64,000 bases of DNA from an uncultured Acidobacteriota bacterium (GTDB taxonomy: Bacteria > Acidobacteriota > Vicinamibacteria > Vicinamibacterales > UBA2999), in the NCBI GenBank assembly GCA_963721715.1, contig CAVRKI010000004.1, positions 1,283,876 through 1,347,875 of the forward strand, written 5' to 3'. The notes beneath the pieces were generated by a model. The model saw nothing but the letters and a program-made list of their open reading frames with translations. It was not told the DNA's origin and did no database searches. Of the stretch, positions 20,321 through 29,660 are shown piece after piece (positions within the stretch are counted from its first letter, which is position 1; each line of letters opens with the position of its first letter). Made by a program: the position numbers and the translations under genes.

Positions 20321-20678
20321 CCGCACGAGCCGCTCGCGCGGCGACGACCGCGATGACGAGCCAGAGAACGGTCCGGAGGGTCATCGCGGCGAGGCTGTCG
20401 CTCGCGACATCTGCCCCGGCGAACCGCATCCCCACCAGCGCGACGAGCACGGCGGCGTGTGCGGTAGTCAGCAGGCGTGCCGCCGTCGGCCCCCAGGCTC
20501 GGCGGATCCACACCGCCGCGGCAGCCGCGACACCGGCCAGGCCAGCGATCACGTTGTAGACCACCAGCCACCGGAGCACGACGTAGTCGGGCCTGTCGAT
20601 ACCGGCCAGCACCCGCGTGCCGGCCAGCACGGACAGGAGCCCGAATGCCAGCCCCACCAGCGCCCAGAACTTCGACAC
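20301..20678 (-). CDS. Small integral membrane protein (about 4 TM), unknown function
   Basis: 125 aa, strongly hydrophobic. 12 nt downstream of the cytochrome c gene. Its 3' end overlaps the convergent barrel gene by 20 nt. Confidence 0.5.
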   Translation of the reverse strand: MSKFWALVGLAFGLLSVLAGTRVLAGIDRPDYVVLRWLVVYNVIAGLAGVAAAAAVWIRRAWGPTAARLLTTAHAAVLVALVGMRFAGADVASDSLAAMTLRTVLWLVIAVVAARAARAVTDYRS

Positions 20679-20690
20679 CAGCGTCGTCCC

Positions 20691-21101
20691 CTATTTCTGC
20701 ATCTTCTTCAGGTAGTCGGCGAGGGCCTGGATACGGATCTGCGCCGTGTCGCGATTGAGCGACCGGAAGAGGTCACCCCACATCGGCATGTCGCGCGATC
20801 CGTGCGCGGCCACCTCGTCGAGCCCTTCGATGTACCGCTTGACGCGTACGTCGGGGAAGGCGCCGCCGTTGCGCGCGCTGATCTTCGTGAGGTCGGCGGG
20901 CGCCTTGCCGAGCGCCGCGGCCGCCGGGCCGTTGCCGATACCGGTCGTCCCGTGGCAGGGGGCACAGTAGTTGGCGAACATCCCCGCAGCGTCCGACGCG
21001 GGCGTCTGCTTGATCGGAGCCTGTTCCACCTTGGTCTGGGCCTGGGCTGCCGAGACCGAAATGCCCACAAGGGCGAGAGTAACGAGCGCGTGCGCGAGCA
21101 T
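20691..21101 (-). CDS. Monohaem class-I cytochrome c (paralog 1)
   Basis: 136 aa. Signal peptide, CAPCH motif, DMPMWG Met-ligand region. Roughly three-quarters of residues match the 43302-43715 product by eye. Confidence 0.8.
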   Translation of the reverse strand: MLAHALVTLALVGISVSAAQAQTKVEQAPIKQTPASDAAGMFANYCAPCHGTTGIGNGPAAAALGKAPADLTKISARNGGAFPDVRVKRYIEGLDEVAAHGSRDMPMWGDLFRSLNRDTAQIRIQALADYLKKMQK

Positions 21102-21302
21102 GGCATCCCTCCTTCTGCCTCAAGCGGCAGTGTCGGCACTATGCGCCCCGAGCACCGCGGCCACTATGACCACGGTCATACGTCCGCAGGCCGGAGGCCC
21201 AATTCTTGCGGCCGACGCTCAGGCCGTGGCGCGTCACGCGCTCCGGCTGATTTCCGGACGCGCACGCCCACGCGGACGATGTGGCAGCCGCCGATCGCGA
21301 GC

Positions 21303-21710
21303 TCACCGCGGTGAGCCGGCGGGGGTGACGAGCGGAGCGTTGGTCTGCGGGACGTGACACGCGGTGCAGTTCCAGCGCGCGCCGGCCACTTGCGGACGCG
21401 CGACACCAGGCGCCTCGCGCATGTCGACGAAGTGGCTGGCCGAGGCCGGCGGCGGGCCGGTGGTGGCGCCCGCACGGCCGTGGCACCGGACGCACGCATT
21501 GTTCTTCGCGGTGATTGGTGTCAGTCCCCGAATGGCGTGCGGAATGAGCGGCGGTGCGCCCTCGAACTCGCGCGGCAGCCGCTGACTCTGACCGGGGCGT
21601 TGGTCGCCGTACTCGTAAACCGGTGGGTCGGCCGCCTGGCCACGAACCGCGGCGGGCGCGACCGCGGCCGCCAGCATGAGCACGAATGTTGGAATGCGCC
21701 GCATGATCAT
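21303..21710 (-). CDS. napB: Periplasmic nitrate reductase dihaem subunit NapB
   Basis: 135 aa. Signal peptide, PPLIPH motif, CVRCH and [12 protein letters not shown] overlap with the napA stop. Confidence 0.85.
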   Translation of the reverse strand: MIMRRIPTFVLMLAAAVAPAAVRGQAADPPVYEYGDQRPGQSQRLPREFEGAPPLIPHAIRGLTPITAKNNACVRCHGRAGATTGPPPASASHFVDMREAPGVARPQVAGARWNCTACHVPQTNAPLVTPAGSPR

Positions 21711-24482
21711 CCTCCGGCCACAGTGGCTGCGGCGCCCCGGCTCACCTTGACCGCGCATTTCTTGAAGTCGGTCTGCTTCGAAATCGGGCATGTCGCATCG
21801 AGCGTCACCAGGTTGATGAACACGCTCTCGTCGAACCAGGGCACGTAGACCATGCCGCGCGGCATCCCATAGCGGCCCTCCGTTTCCACGCGCAAGCGGA
21901 CCCGGCCGCGTCGCGATTCAATCCACGCCAGGTCGTGCCGCGCCAGGCCGCGCGCTTTCGCATCCTCGGGATGCATGAACAGCTGAGCCGACGGCACGGC
22001 GCGGTGCAGCGCGGGTACGCGCCGGGTCATGGTGCCCGAATGCCAGTGCTCGAGCACGCGGCCGGTGCTGAGCCACAGGTCGTAGGTCCGATCCGGCACC
22101 TCGGGCGGCACCGCATAGGGACGGAAGAAGATCTTGGCCTTGCCCGCCAGCGACACGGGCGCCCCCGGAGCGGGCCCATGCTGGTCGCCGGCCGGCAGGG
22201 TCTTCATCGCCGGCCCGTAGAAGTCGAAGGCGGCACCGGCACGCACGTACGGGTCGTGCTCGCCGTTGAACCGCCAGCGCGTCTCCTTGCCGTTCACCAC
22301 CGGCCACCGCAGCCCGCGCACATCGTCCGCCAGGTAGGCATCGAAGGGCGCGAGGTCGTGCGCGTGTCCGCGGCCGAACGAGGCGTACTCCTCGAACAGC
22401 GCCTTTTCTGGAAACCAGGCCTCGCCGAGATGCGTAACGGTGTCGTTCGCCCCCCCGTTCGCGATGGGATCTGGCCACACCACCTTGCGGTTGGCAGGCG
22501 TCGCGAACAGCACTTCGTAGAGCGTGGTCTCCGGACGGTGGCCGCGCGCTCTGGCCTTGCTCGACCACATCGGGGAGCCGGCCGTCCACGAACCCGGCGC
22601 TTGCCAGGCCCGGCACGCGCTGTTCGCCCCAGACGTCCGCGATGGTGAGGCGCTTCGAGAACTCGAGCATCTGCCACACATCCGAGCGCGCCTCGCCTGG
22701 AGCGGGCACCTGCTGCCGCCACAACTGGGTGCGGCGCTCGCTGTTCCCGTAGCCGCCCCACTTCTCGAAGATCATCGCGGAGGGCAGCACCAGATCGGCC
22801 ACGCGGGTGGAGATGCCTGGATAGACGTCGGACACCACGATGAAGGCGTCGAGCCGACGGGCGGCTTCCATCCAGTGATTGGCGTTGGCCGTGGACTGGA
22901 ACGGGTTGGTCACCTGCACCCACAGCCACTTGATGCGGCCGTCTTCGAGGTCGCGCATCATCTCGGTGATGTGGCTGCCCGGCTTCGGGTTGATGGTCCC
23001 CGCCGGCAGGGCCCAGATCTTCTCGGCCTCGCCGCGGTGCGCGGCGTTGTCCACGGTCAGGTCGGCAGGCAGGCGATGGCAGAACGTGCCGACCTCGCGG
23101 GCCGTGCCGCAGGCCGAGGGCTGACCCGTCAGCGAGAACGCGCTGTTGCCAGGCGAGGCGTACTTGCCCGTCAACAGGTGCGCCATATAGGCCTGCTCGT
23201 TGAGCCACGTGCCCCGCGTGCTCTGGTTGAACCCCATCGTCCAGAACGAGACGACCTTCTTCGCGCGGTCGGCGTAGACATCCGCCAGTTGCTGGAGTTT
23301 CGCCTTGAACTGGTCCAGCGGCTCGTCGGCGCGCCCACGCGCCAGTTCGGCCACGAAATCGAGCGTGTAGGGATCGACGGCCTTCTTGAAGCTGTCGAAG
23401 GTGATCAGCCAGTGGTCGTTCGGCTGTCCGCTCCGGGTCTGCCGGGCCGAGGTCCCCGCTTCGGCGGCGCGGCCCTGCCCGATCGCCTCCTCGCGCGTCA
23501 GGGTGTGCGCGCGCTGTTCGGCCCGCGTGTCCTTCTCCGCGGGATACATGCCGCGGTCGTCGTCTCGGAGGCCGTAGCCGATGTCGGTGTAACCGGCCGC
23601 GAACACACAGTGACGTTCGACGAAGGCGCGGTCCACCGCATCACGGGCGATGATTTCGCGCGCGATGTAGTTCCAGATCGCCAGGTCGGTTTGCGGACGG
23701 AACACGATTTCCAGGTCGGCCATCGCCGAGGTCGGCGTCGTGAAGGTGGTCAGGTGGACGATGCGGTAGTCCGGGCTGGCCAGCTTGCGCGCCGTGACGC
23801 GGGCCCAGAGCATGGGGTGCATCTCGGCCATGTTGGCGCCCCAGCTGACAATCGTGTCGGTGAGCTCGATGTCGTCGTAGCAGCCGGCGGGCTCGTCGAT
23901 GCCGAAGGTCTGCATGAACCCGGCGACGGCGGAGGCCATGCAATGACGCGCGTTCGGCTCGAGATTGTTGCTGCGCCAGCCAGCTTTGACCAGCTTCGCC
24001 GCCGCGTAGCCTTCCTGGATGGTGTACTGCCCCGACCCCATCACGGCGACGCCGGTCGGGCCCAGTTCCTGGTGCACGCGCTTGAACTGCGCCGCCATCT
24101 CGTCGAGTGCGCGTGCCCACGAGACGGGTGCGAACTCACCCTGCTTGTCGAACCTGCCATCCTTCATGCGCAGGAGCGGCTTGGTGAGACGGTCCGGGCC
24201 GTAGAGGATCTGGGCGTTGGCATACCCCTTCACGCATAGCAGGCCGCGATTGACCGGTGAATCGGGGTCGCCCTTGACGGCCACCACGCGGTTGTCGCGC
24301 GAGGCGATCTGGATGCCGCAGCCGGTGCCGCAGAAACGGCAGACGCCTTTGTCCCAACGCCAGCCCTCCTGGGCGTCGCGCGCGAGCGCCGCCAGGCTGG
24401 CCGGCAGCGGCAATCCCGCCGCGGCCGCCGTCACCGCGGCCGCACTGGCGCGAAGAAACGCGCGGCGACTGTGCCCGGTCAT
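21707..24482 (-). pseudogene. napA: Periplasmic nitrate reductase catalytic subunit NapA (paralog 1) with one +1 frameshift
   Basis: Tat leader [22 protein letters not shown] 4Fe-4S motif. NapA-like sequence runs throughout, but the frame changes between ..DVVEQGQSA and [13 protein letters not shown] at ~22543-22549 (extra C in GCGCGG). Confidence 0.85.
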
Positions 24483-24781
24483 GCCGCCGGCTCCGCGCCG
24501 GGCTCGTCCACGTAATGACAGACGAGGTCTACGGCCATCACGCCGGGCAGGCTGGCCAGGGCGGCATACCCCGCTTGCTGGCCGTCGAGCGTCGCCGTTT
24601 CGAGCGTCACAACCAGGCGCGCCCCGGCGTCGTCCCGGACGTGCACGTCCACGCCGGCCTGGTGCGCCAGGCGGCGCTCCACCGCATCGAGGGACCCCGG
24701 CTGCACGGCCACGAGCAGGCCGGACACGTGCATCTCGGCATCGAGGACGGTTCGCATCGGCTCGATTGTGAACTGGGTCAC
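24479..24781 (-). CDS. napD: NapA chaperone NapD
   Basis: 100 aa, GTG start. [14 protein letters not shown] ferredoxin-like pattern of NapD. ATGA overlap with the napA start. Confidence 0.75.
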   Translation of the reverse strand: MTQFTIEPMRTVLDAEMHVSGLLVAVQPGSLDAVERRLAHQAGVDVHVRDDAGARLVVTLETATLDGQQAGYAALASLPGVMAVDLVCHYVDEPGAEPAA

Positions 24782-24941
24782 AAGGCGGTCGACATGACAG
24801 CCGTCATACGCCCGCTGGTCGTGGAGTCCCGCAAACGAGGGCGCGCCAATCGGTGCCGGCCTGACGGCGGGCGACGGGCCTTAGGTGCATGAGCGTGGAC
24901 GCTGCGCGGCGACCCTCGCGGCGGCATGGACGGCTTCCAGG

Positions 24942-25481
24942 TCACTCCGGCACGTGACACTGACGGCACCGCACACGCTCCGGGTGCGTGGTCCGAATCT
25001 CCTCGCGCGCGGCCGGGCCGCCGTGGCAGGACAGGCAGTTCTCGCGGAGCTGGAGTGGGTGCGGGATGGTCGGCGGCGCGCCGGGGGTGGCACGGGAGCC
25101 CTTCCATGGTCCCTGCGCCAGGCCTGTGAACGACGACGCCACGAACAATGCACCCGTCTGAACGGGGACGTGGCATTGGCGGCAGCGCTGCATCGATCCG
25201 GCCGCCGCGGCCCCGCCGTGCGGGGAGGCCGGCGCAACGCCCACGCCCGCAATCGCAGCGCCCTCGTCGGTGTGGCAGGTGGTGCACGTGCCGAGCGTGG
25301 CGTCGTGAGGAACAGGAGGAGGCGCGCCGTCGTAGGCGCGAGTGGTGGCGCGCTCGCCCGTGGTGCGCGCCACGGCGGGGCCTGGCGCGGCGCTGCAGCC
25401 AACCCCGATCGACAGGGCCGCGATGGCCAGGGCCATCCGCCAGCGGACTCCGCCTCGTCGTCCTGTCGTCGTCTCGGTCAC
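24942..25481 (-). CDS. Tetrahaem cytochrome c made of two tandem NapB-like modules
   Basis: Four CxxCH motifs (CTTCH, CRQCHVP, CLSCH, CRQCHVP). Each module is preceded by an APPxxPH motif, as in NapB. The start is either GTG 25481 or ATG 25436 (lipobox-like SIGVGC). Confidence 0.7.
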   Translation of the reverse strand: MTETTTGRRGGVRWRMALAIAALSIGVGCSAAPGPAVARTTGERATTRAYDGAPPPVPHDATLGTCTTCHTDEGAAIAGVGVAPASPHGGAAAAGSMQRCRQCHVPVQTGALFVASSFTGLAQGPWKGSRATPGAPPTIPHPLQLRENCLSCHGGPAAREEIRTTHPERVRCRQCHVPE

Positions 25482-25482
25482 G

Positions 25483-27843
25483 TCACACCCGCTCGAGGCG
25501 CACCGCGCACTTCTTGTAGTCGGGCTGCTTGCTGATGTTGTCCATCGCATCGAGCGTGACGAGGTTGATGAGGCGGTCCTCGTCGAAGAACGGGACGAAG
25601 AGCGACCCGCGCGGCGGGCCGCCGCGTCCGCCTACCTCCACTGTCAACTCGACGCTTCCACGTCGGCTGGCCACCTTGACGCGATCGCCCTTCTTGATGC
25701 CCATCGATTCGGCGTCGGCCCGATTCACCTCGACATAGGCCGCTGGCACGGCCTGGTGCAGTTGCTTGATGCGACGCGTCATCGAACCCGAATGCCAGTG
25801 TTCCAGCACGCGCCCGGTGCACAGCCAGAACGGGTAGGCTTCGTCCGGTGCCTCGGCCGGCGGATGGTACGGGCGCAGCCAGAACGCCGCCTTCTCGCCA
25901 TAGCCCACGGCCTTGTAGAAGTGCGCGCCCGTCTTCTTCTTGACGTACGGATCGTAGCCGGCGGTGTAGCGGTAGGGCGTCTCCTTGCCGTTCACCACGG
26001 GCCACAGCATGCCGCGCGTCTGCTTCAGCTGCGCGTAGCTGGCGAGGTCCTTGCCGTGCCCGACGCCGAACTCCCGGTACTCCTCGAACATCGGCTCGTG
26101 CCAGTTGTCGTCGGGCCACGGGAAGAGATGGCCCATGCCCATCCGCTTCGCGACCTGGATGACGGCCCACGCGTCTTCGCGCGCCTCGCCCGGCGGCTCG
26201 ACCATCTTGTTCCACTGCTGCGTGCGGCGCTCGGTGTTGCCGAAGACGCCCTCGCGCTCCACCCACCCCGCCGCCGGCAGGATCAGGTCGGCCATGGCGG
26301 TGGTGGGCGTCGGGTAGATGTCGCTGACGACGACGAAGCGGCCGTCGTTCGGCGTGCGATCGAACCGCGAGCGGTTCGGCAGCGTCACCCACGGGTTCGT
26401 GGTCTGAATCCACAGCGCCTTCAGGTCGCCCCGCTTCAAGGCGCGGAACATGTCCACGGCGTGGTAGCCGGGGACGGCAGGAATGGTGCCGGCTGGCAGC
26501 TTCCAGATGCGTTCGGCTTCCGCCCGGTGCTCGGGGTTGGTCACCACCATGTCGGCGGGCAGCCGGTTGTTCGACGTGCCGACTTCGCGCGCGGTGCCGC
26601 AGGCGCTCGGCTGCCCTGTCAGGCTCAGCGGGTTGGCGCCCGGCCGGCAGATCTTGCCCGTAATCAGGTGCAGGTCGGTGATGAGGTTGTTCATCCACGT
26701 GCCGCGCACGTGCTGGTTGACGCCCATGCACCAGAGGCTCACGGTGCCTCGGGCCATGTCGCCGTAGATGTTGGCCAGCGCGCGAATCTGCTCCACGGGC
26801 ACGCCCGTGACCTCGCTGACGTGGGCAGGCGTGTAGTGCGCGAGGAACGTCCGCAGCTCGTCGAGCGAACTGGGCCTGGGCTGATCCTCGAACGTGTAGC
26901 GCTCGGCCTGGTCGCCGAAGCAGCCGTAGCCGATCTGCTTCACGTCCTCGATGCCGCGCCGGAAGACCACGTTCTCGTCGATGAACGGCGTGTGAATGCG
27001 GCCCTCGGCGACCAGCAGGTGGAGGATGCCGTTGGCGAGCGCCAGGTCGGTGCCCGGCTTGAAGAGCACGAACAGGTCGGCGTAGTCCGAGGTCGGCGTG
27101 CGGCGCGTGGCGATGTCGACGATGCGGGAGCCGGGCTTGACGCGGCGGGTCTCGAGGATGCGGCTGAAGAGCACGGGGTGCATCTCCGCCATGTTGTTGC
27201 CCCACAGCACGAAGTCGTCGCCGACGTCGAGGTCCTGGTAGCAGCCCATCGGCTCGTCGCTCTGGAACTGCGTGATGAACCCGGACACCGCGCTGGCCAT
27301 GCAGAGCCGGGCGTTCGGCTCGAGGTTGTTGCTCTTGAGCCCGCCCTTCACCCACTTCAGCGCCGCGTAGCCGTCGAACACGGTCCACTGTCCCGACCCG
27401 TACATCCCCACCGCGTCAGGGCCGTGCTGGTCCAGGGTCTCCTTGAACTTCGTCGCGATCAGGTCCAGCGCCTCGTCCCACGAGATGCGCGAGAACGATC
27501 CGTCGGCGTTGCGCTTCTGCGGGTAGAGCAGCCGGTCCTCGCCGTAGAGCATCCCCGGCAGGTGATAGCCCTTCACGCACAGCAGGCCCTTGTTGACCGG
27601 GCTGGCCTCGTCACCGCGCACGGCGACGACGCGTCCCTGCTCGACACCGACCATGACGCCGCAGCCGGTGCCGCAGAACCGGCACGGCGCCTTGTCCCAG
27701 GCAATCGAGGCGCGATCGACCGGCGCGCCGCCCGCCGCCAGCCGCGATGCCTCGTCCCGATCCGCGCACGAGTACGCCGCCACCGCCGGCGCCACGGCGG
27801 CGGCCAGCTTGAGGAATGCACGCCGCTTCAACTGCCCCTTCAT
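25483..27843 (-). CDS. napA: Periplasmic nitrate reductase-type molybdoenzyme NapA (paralog 2, intact, shorter)
   Basis: 786 aa from ATG 27843. Tat leader [23 protein letters not shown]. NapA-like throughout, but lacks the long insert seen in paralog 1. Confidence 0.85.
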   Translation of the reverse strand: MKGQLKRRAFLKLAAAVAPAVAAYSCADRDEASRLAAGGAPVDRASIAWDKAPCRFCGTGCGVMVGVEQGRVVAVRGDEASPVNKGLLCVKGYHLPGMLYGEDRLLYPQKRNADGSFSRISWDEALDLIATKFKETLDQHGPDAVGMYGSGQWTVFDGYAALKWVKGGLKSNNLEPNARLCMASAVSGFITQFQSDEPMGCYQDLDVGDDFVLWGNNMAEMHPVLFSRILETRRVKPGSRIVDIATRRTPTSDYADLFVLFKPGTDLALANGILHLLVAEGRIHTPFIDENVVFRRGIEDVKQIGYGCFGDQAERYTFEDQPRPSSLDELRTFLAHYTPAHVSEVTGVPVEQIRALANIYGDMARGTVSLWCMGVNQHVRGTWMNNLITDLHLITGKICRPGANPLSLTGQPSACGTAREVGTSNNRLPADMVVTNPEHRAEAERIWKLPAGTIPAVPGYHAVDMFRALKRGDLKALWIQTTNPWVTLPNRSRFDRTPNDGRFVVVSDIYPTPTTAMADLILPAAGWVEREGVFGNTERRTQQWNKMVEPPGEAREDAWAVIQVAKRMGMGHLFPWPDDNWHEPMFEEYREFGVGHGKDLASYAQLKQTRGMLWPVVNGKETPYRYTAGYDPYVKKKTGAHFYKAVGYGEKAAFWLRPYHPPAEAPDEAYPFWLCTGRVLEHWHSGSMTRRIKQLHQAVPAAYVEVNRADAESMGIKKGDRVKVASRRGSVELTVEVGGRGGPPRGSLFVPFFDEDRLINLVTLDAMDNISKQPDYKKCAVRLERV

Positions 27844-27916
27844 TGCCCGCTCCCGCCTTCCCTGCCGGCGTCCGTCTGCGCCATTCGTGGCCCCGATGTC
27901 CGCGTCATTCACGTCC

Positions 27917-29566
27917 CTATCGTCGCTCGGTCGGGGTCCCGTATCGGCGCGCCATCTCGCGGCTGATCGCGTCGGCTTGCGCCTCGGCGCCCTTCGACAG
28001 CCACTGGTGCTCGGGACGGGCGAGGATCTCGTCGATCACCGCGTCCACGCGCCGCGCGGCATCGGCCCGGCCGGTCTTCGCCGCCGCCGCCGTGATCTCC
28101 CGGGCCTGCGGGATCAGCCCCATGTAGAAGCGCTCGGCCACCTCGAACATCCCGTGCCACTGCGTGTAGTCGGGCGCCATCATCGAGGCGCCCATCCGCG
28201 CCCGCCGCCCCTCGTGATGCCAGAGGTAGTACCACGTCCACTCGATGTGGTCGTCGTACTGGGTCTTGGTGATCAGGCCGTCCGCCGCCAGGGCGTTCAT
28301 GATGGCTTGCCCGGGCTTGGCGAACTTCTCGTTGAAATGGATCACCAGATCGTCGTACTGCCGGTAGAACTGGTTGATGTAATCGGGGGTGTGGCAGTGC
28401 GAGCACACCTGTTTCATGCGATTGCGCTTCGCCTCGGACGTATCGGCGATCGCGGCGCGTCGCTGCTCGGGGTCGGTTTCGGTCACCACCGCATGATTGG
28501 CGTCGGTGTCCATCACCAGGCTCACTGGCGGCCGGTTGGTCCACGAGATGCGCTCGCCCGGGTCGTGGGTGACCTTCATGCCGTTCCGCGTGTTCGCGCT
28601 CATGTGGCACGTCGCGCACGTCGGCGCCGCGGTGTAGTCGCGACCGAGCACCCACGGGCGGGCGTCGAGGTTCATGTCGGCGGTCAGGTCGCGGAACGCG
28701 ACGCCGTGCTTCGACTCCTCGTAGATCTCCTTCTGGGGATGGTCGGGACCGAGGTGGCACTTGCCGCAGTTCTCGGGCTGACGCGCGCGGCGCGCCGAGA
28801 AGTCGTGGCGGCTGTGGCATGCGGCGCACGACCCCAGCGAGCCATCGAGGTTCATGCGGCCGATGCCGGTGTTCGGCCAGCTGGTGCTCGAGAGCAGCGG
28901 CTTGCCGCTCTCGTTCTTGACGATGCGACCGACCGCGTCCAGGTTGGTGGGCTGGCCGTTCTCGTCCGGCTTCAGGTCCCGCATGGTCACCACTCCGCCG
29001 TCGTTGGCCTGGAAGGCCACGAGCGATCCATGACACTGCTGGCAACCCGAATTGGCGGGCGCCATGCCGTTGACCACCTGCACCGCCTTGCCGGGCGTCG
29101 GTGAATGGGGACTGAACGCGACCCGCGAGCCCTCGACGGTTTCCGCCAGGAAGTTGTCGAGCGACGCCAGGATGTTGCCGGCCTTCGAGTGATGGCTGGC
29201 CGCGAACTGGGCCGACTCCGCCGGGTGGCACCGCGCGCAGTCGCGCGGCGTCACGATGGTGGCGATCTGGGCGCCGTAGTGCGTGAACACGTCGGCGTCC
29301 TTCGCCTCGGCCTTGTGGCAGTCCACGCATCCCACGCCCTTCTCGGCGTGGGTGGACCCGGTCCAATGATCGACGATGCCGCGCGACACCTGGGTGTGGC
29401 AGTCCACGCACTGGCGCGACGCCGCCGGTGTGGCGGCGGCCGAGGCCCGCCGGTCGCCGGTCTCGTGCGCCCGCCGCGAGACCTCGAGCCATTGCACGGC
29501 GACCAGCGAGAGCAGGAACAGCAGCCCCAGCCCGCCGATGACCCAGCGCTTCTGATCGAGTGTCAT
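27917..29566 (-). CDS. Membrane-anchored octahaem c-type cytochrome, hydroxylamine-oxidoreductase (HAO) family-like
   Basis: 549 aa from ATG 29566. N-terminal TM helix (WVIGGLGLLFLLSLVAVQWL). Eight CxxCH motifs (CVDCH, CVDCH, CARCH, CQQCH, CAACH, CGKCH, CATCH, CSHCH) and no CxxCK. C-terminal WTWYYLWHHEGRRARMGASMMAPDYTQWHG segment. Confidence 0.7.
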   Translation of the reverse strand: MTLDQKRWVIGGLGLLFLLSLVAVQWLEVSRRAHETGDRRASAAATPAASRQCVDCHTQVSRGIVDHWTGSTHAEKGVGCVDCHKAEAKDADVFTHYGAQIATIVTPRDCARCHPAESAQFAASHHSKAGNILASLDNFLAETVEGSRVAFSPHSPTPGKAVQVVNGMAPANSGCQQCHGSLVAFQANDGGVVTMRDLKPDENGQPTNLDAVGRIVKNESGKPLLSSTSWPNTGIGRMNLDGSLGSCAACHSRHDFSARRARQPENCGKCHLGPDHPQKEIYEESKHGVAFRDLTADMNLDARPWVLGRDYTAAPTCATCHMSANTRNGMKVTHDPGERISWTNRPPVSLVMDTDANHAVVTETDPEQRRAAIADTSEAKRNRMKQVCSHCHTPDYINQFYRQYDDLVIHFNEKFAKPGQAIMNALAADGLITKTQYDDHIEWTWYYLWHHEGRRARMGASMMAPDYTQWHGMFEVAERFYMGLIPQAREITAAAAKTGRADAARRVDAVIDEILARPEHQWLSKGAEAQADAISREMARRYGTPTERR

Positions 29567-29606
29567 GCGTGACCCCCACGTAGATTCACCACTTCGCTCT
29601 CCCCGC

Positions 29607-29649
29607 CTTGAACTCTTGAACGTTGAACGTTGAACCTTGAGCTTCCACC
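29607..29649. repeat. Heptad array CTTGAAC (t) CTTGAAC GTTGAAC GTTGAAC CTTGAGC in the cyt b / octahaem gap
   Basis: Direct reading. On the mRNA strand it reads GUUCAAC/GUUCAAG x4, 40-80 nt upstream of the octahaem start codon. Confidence 0.85.
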
Positions 29650-29660
29650 GGTTCCGCGCG

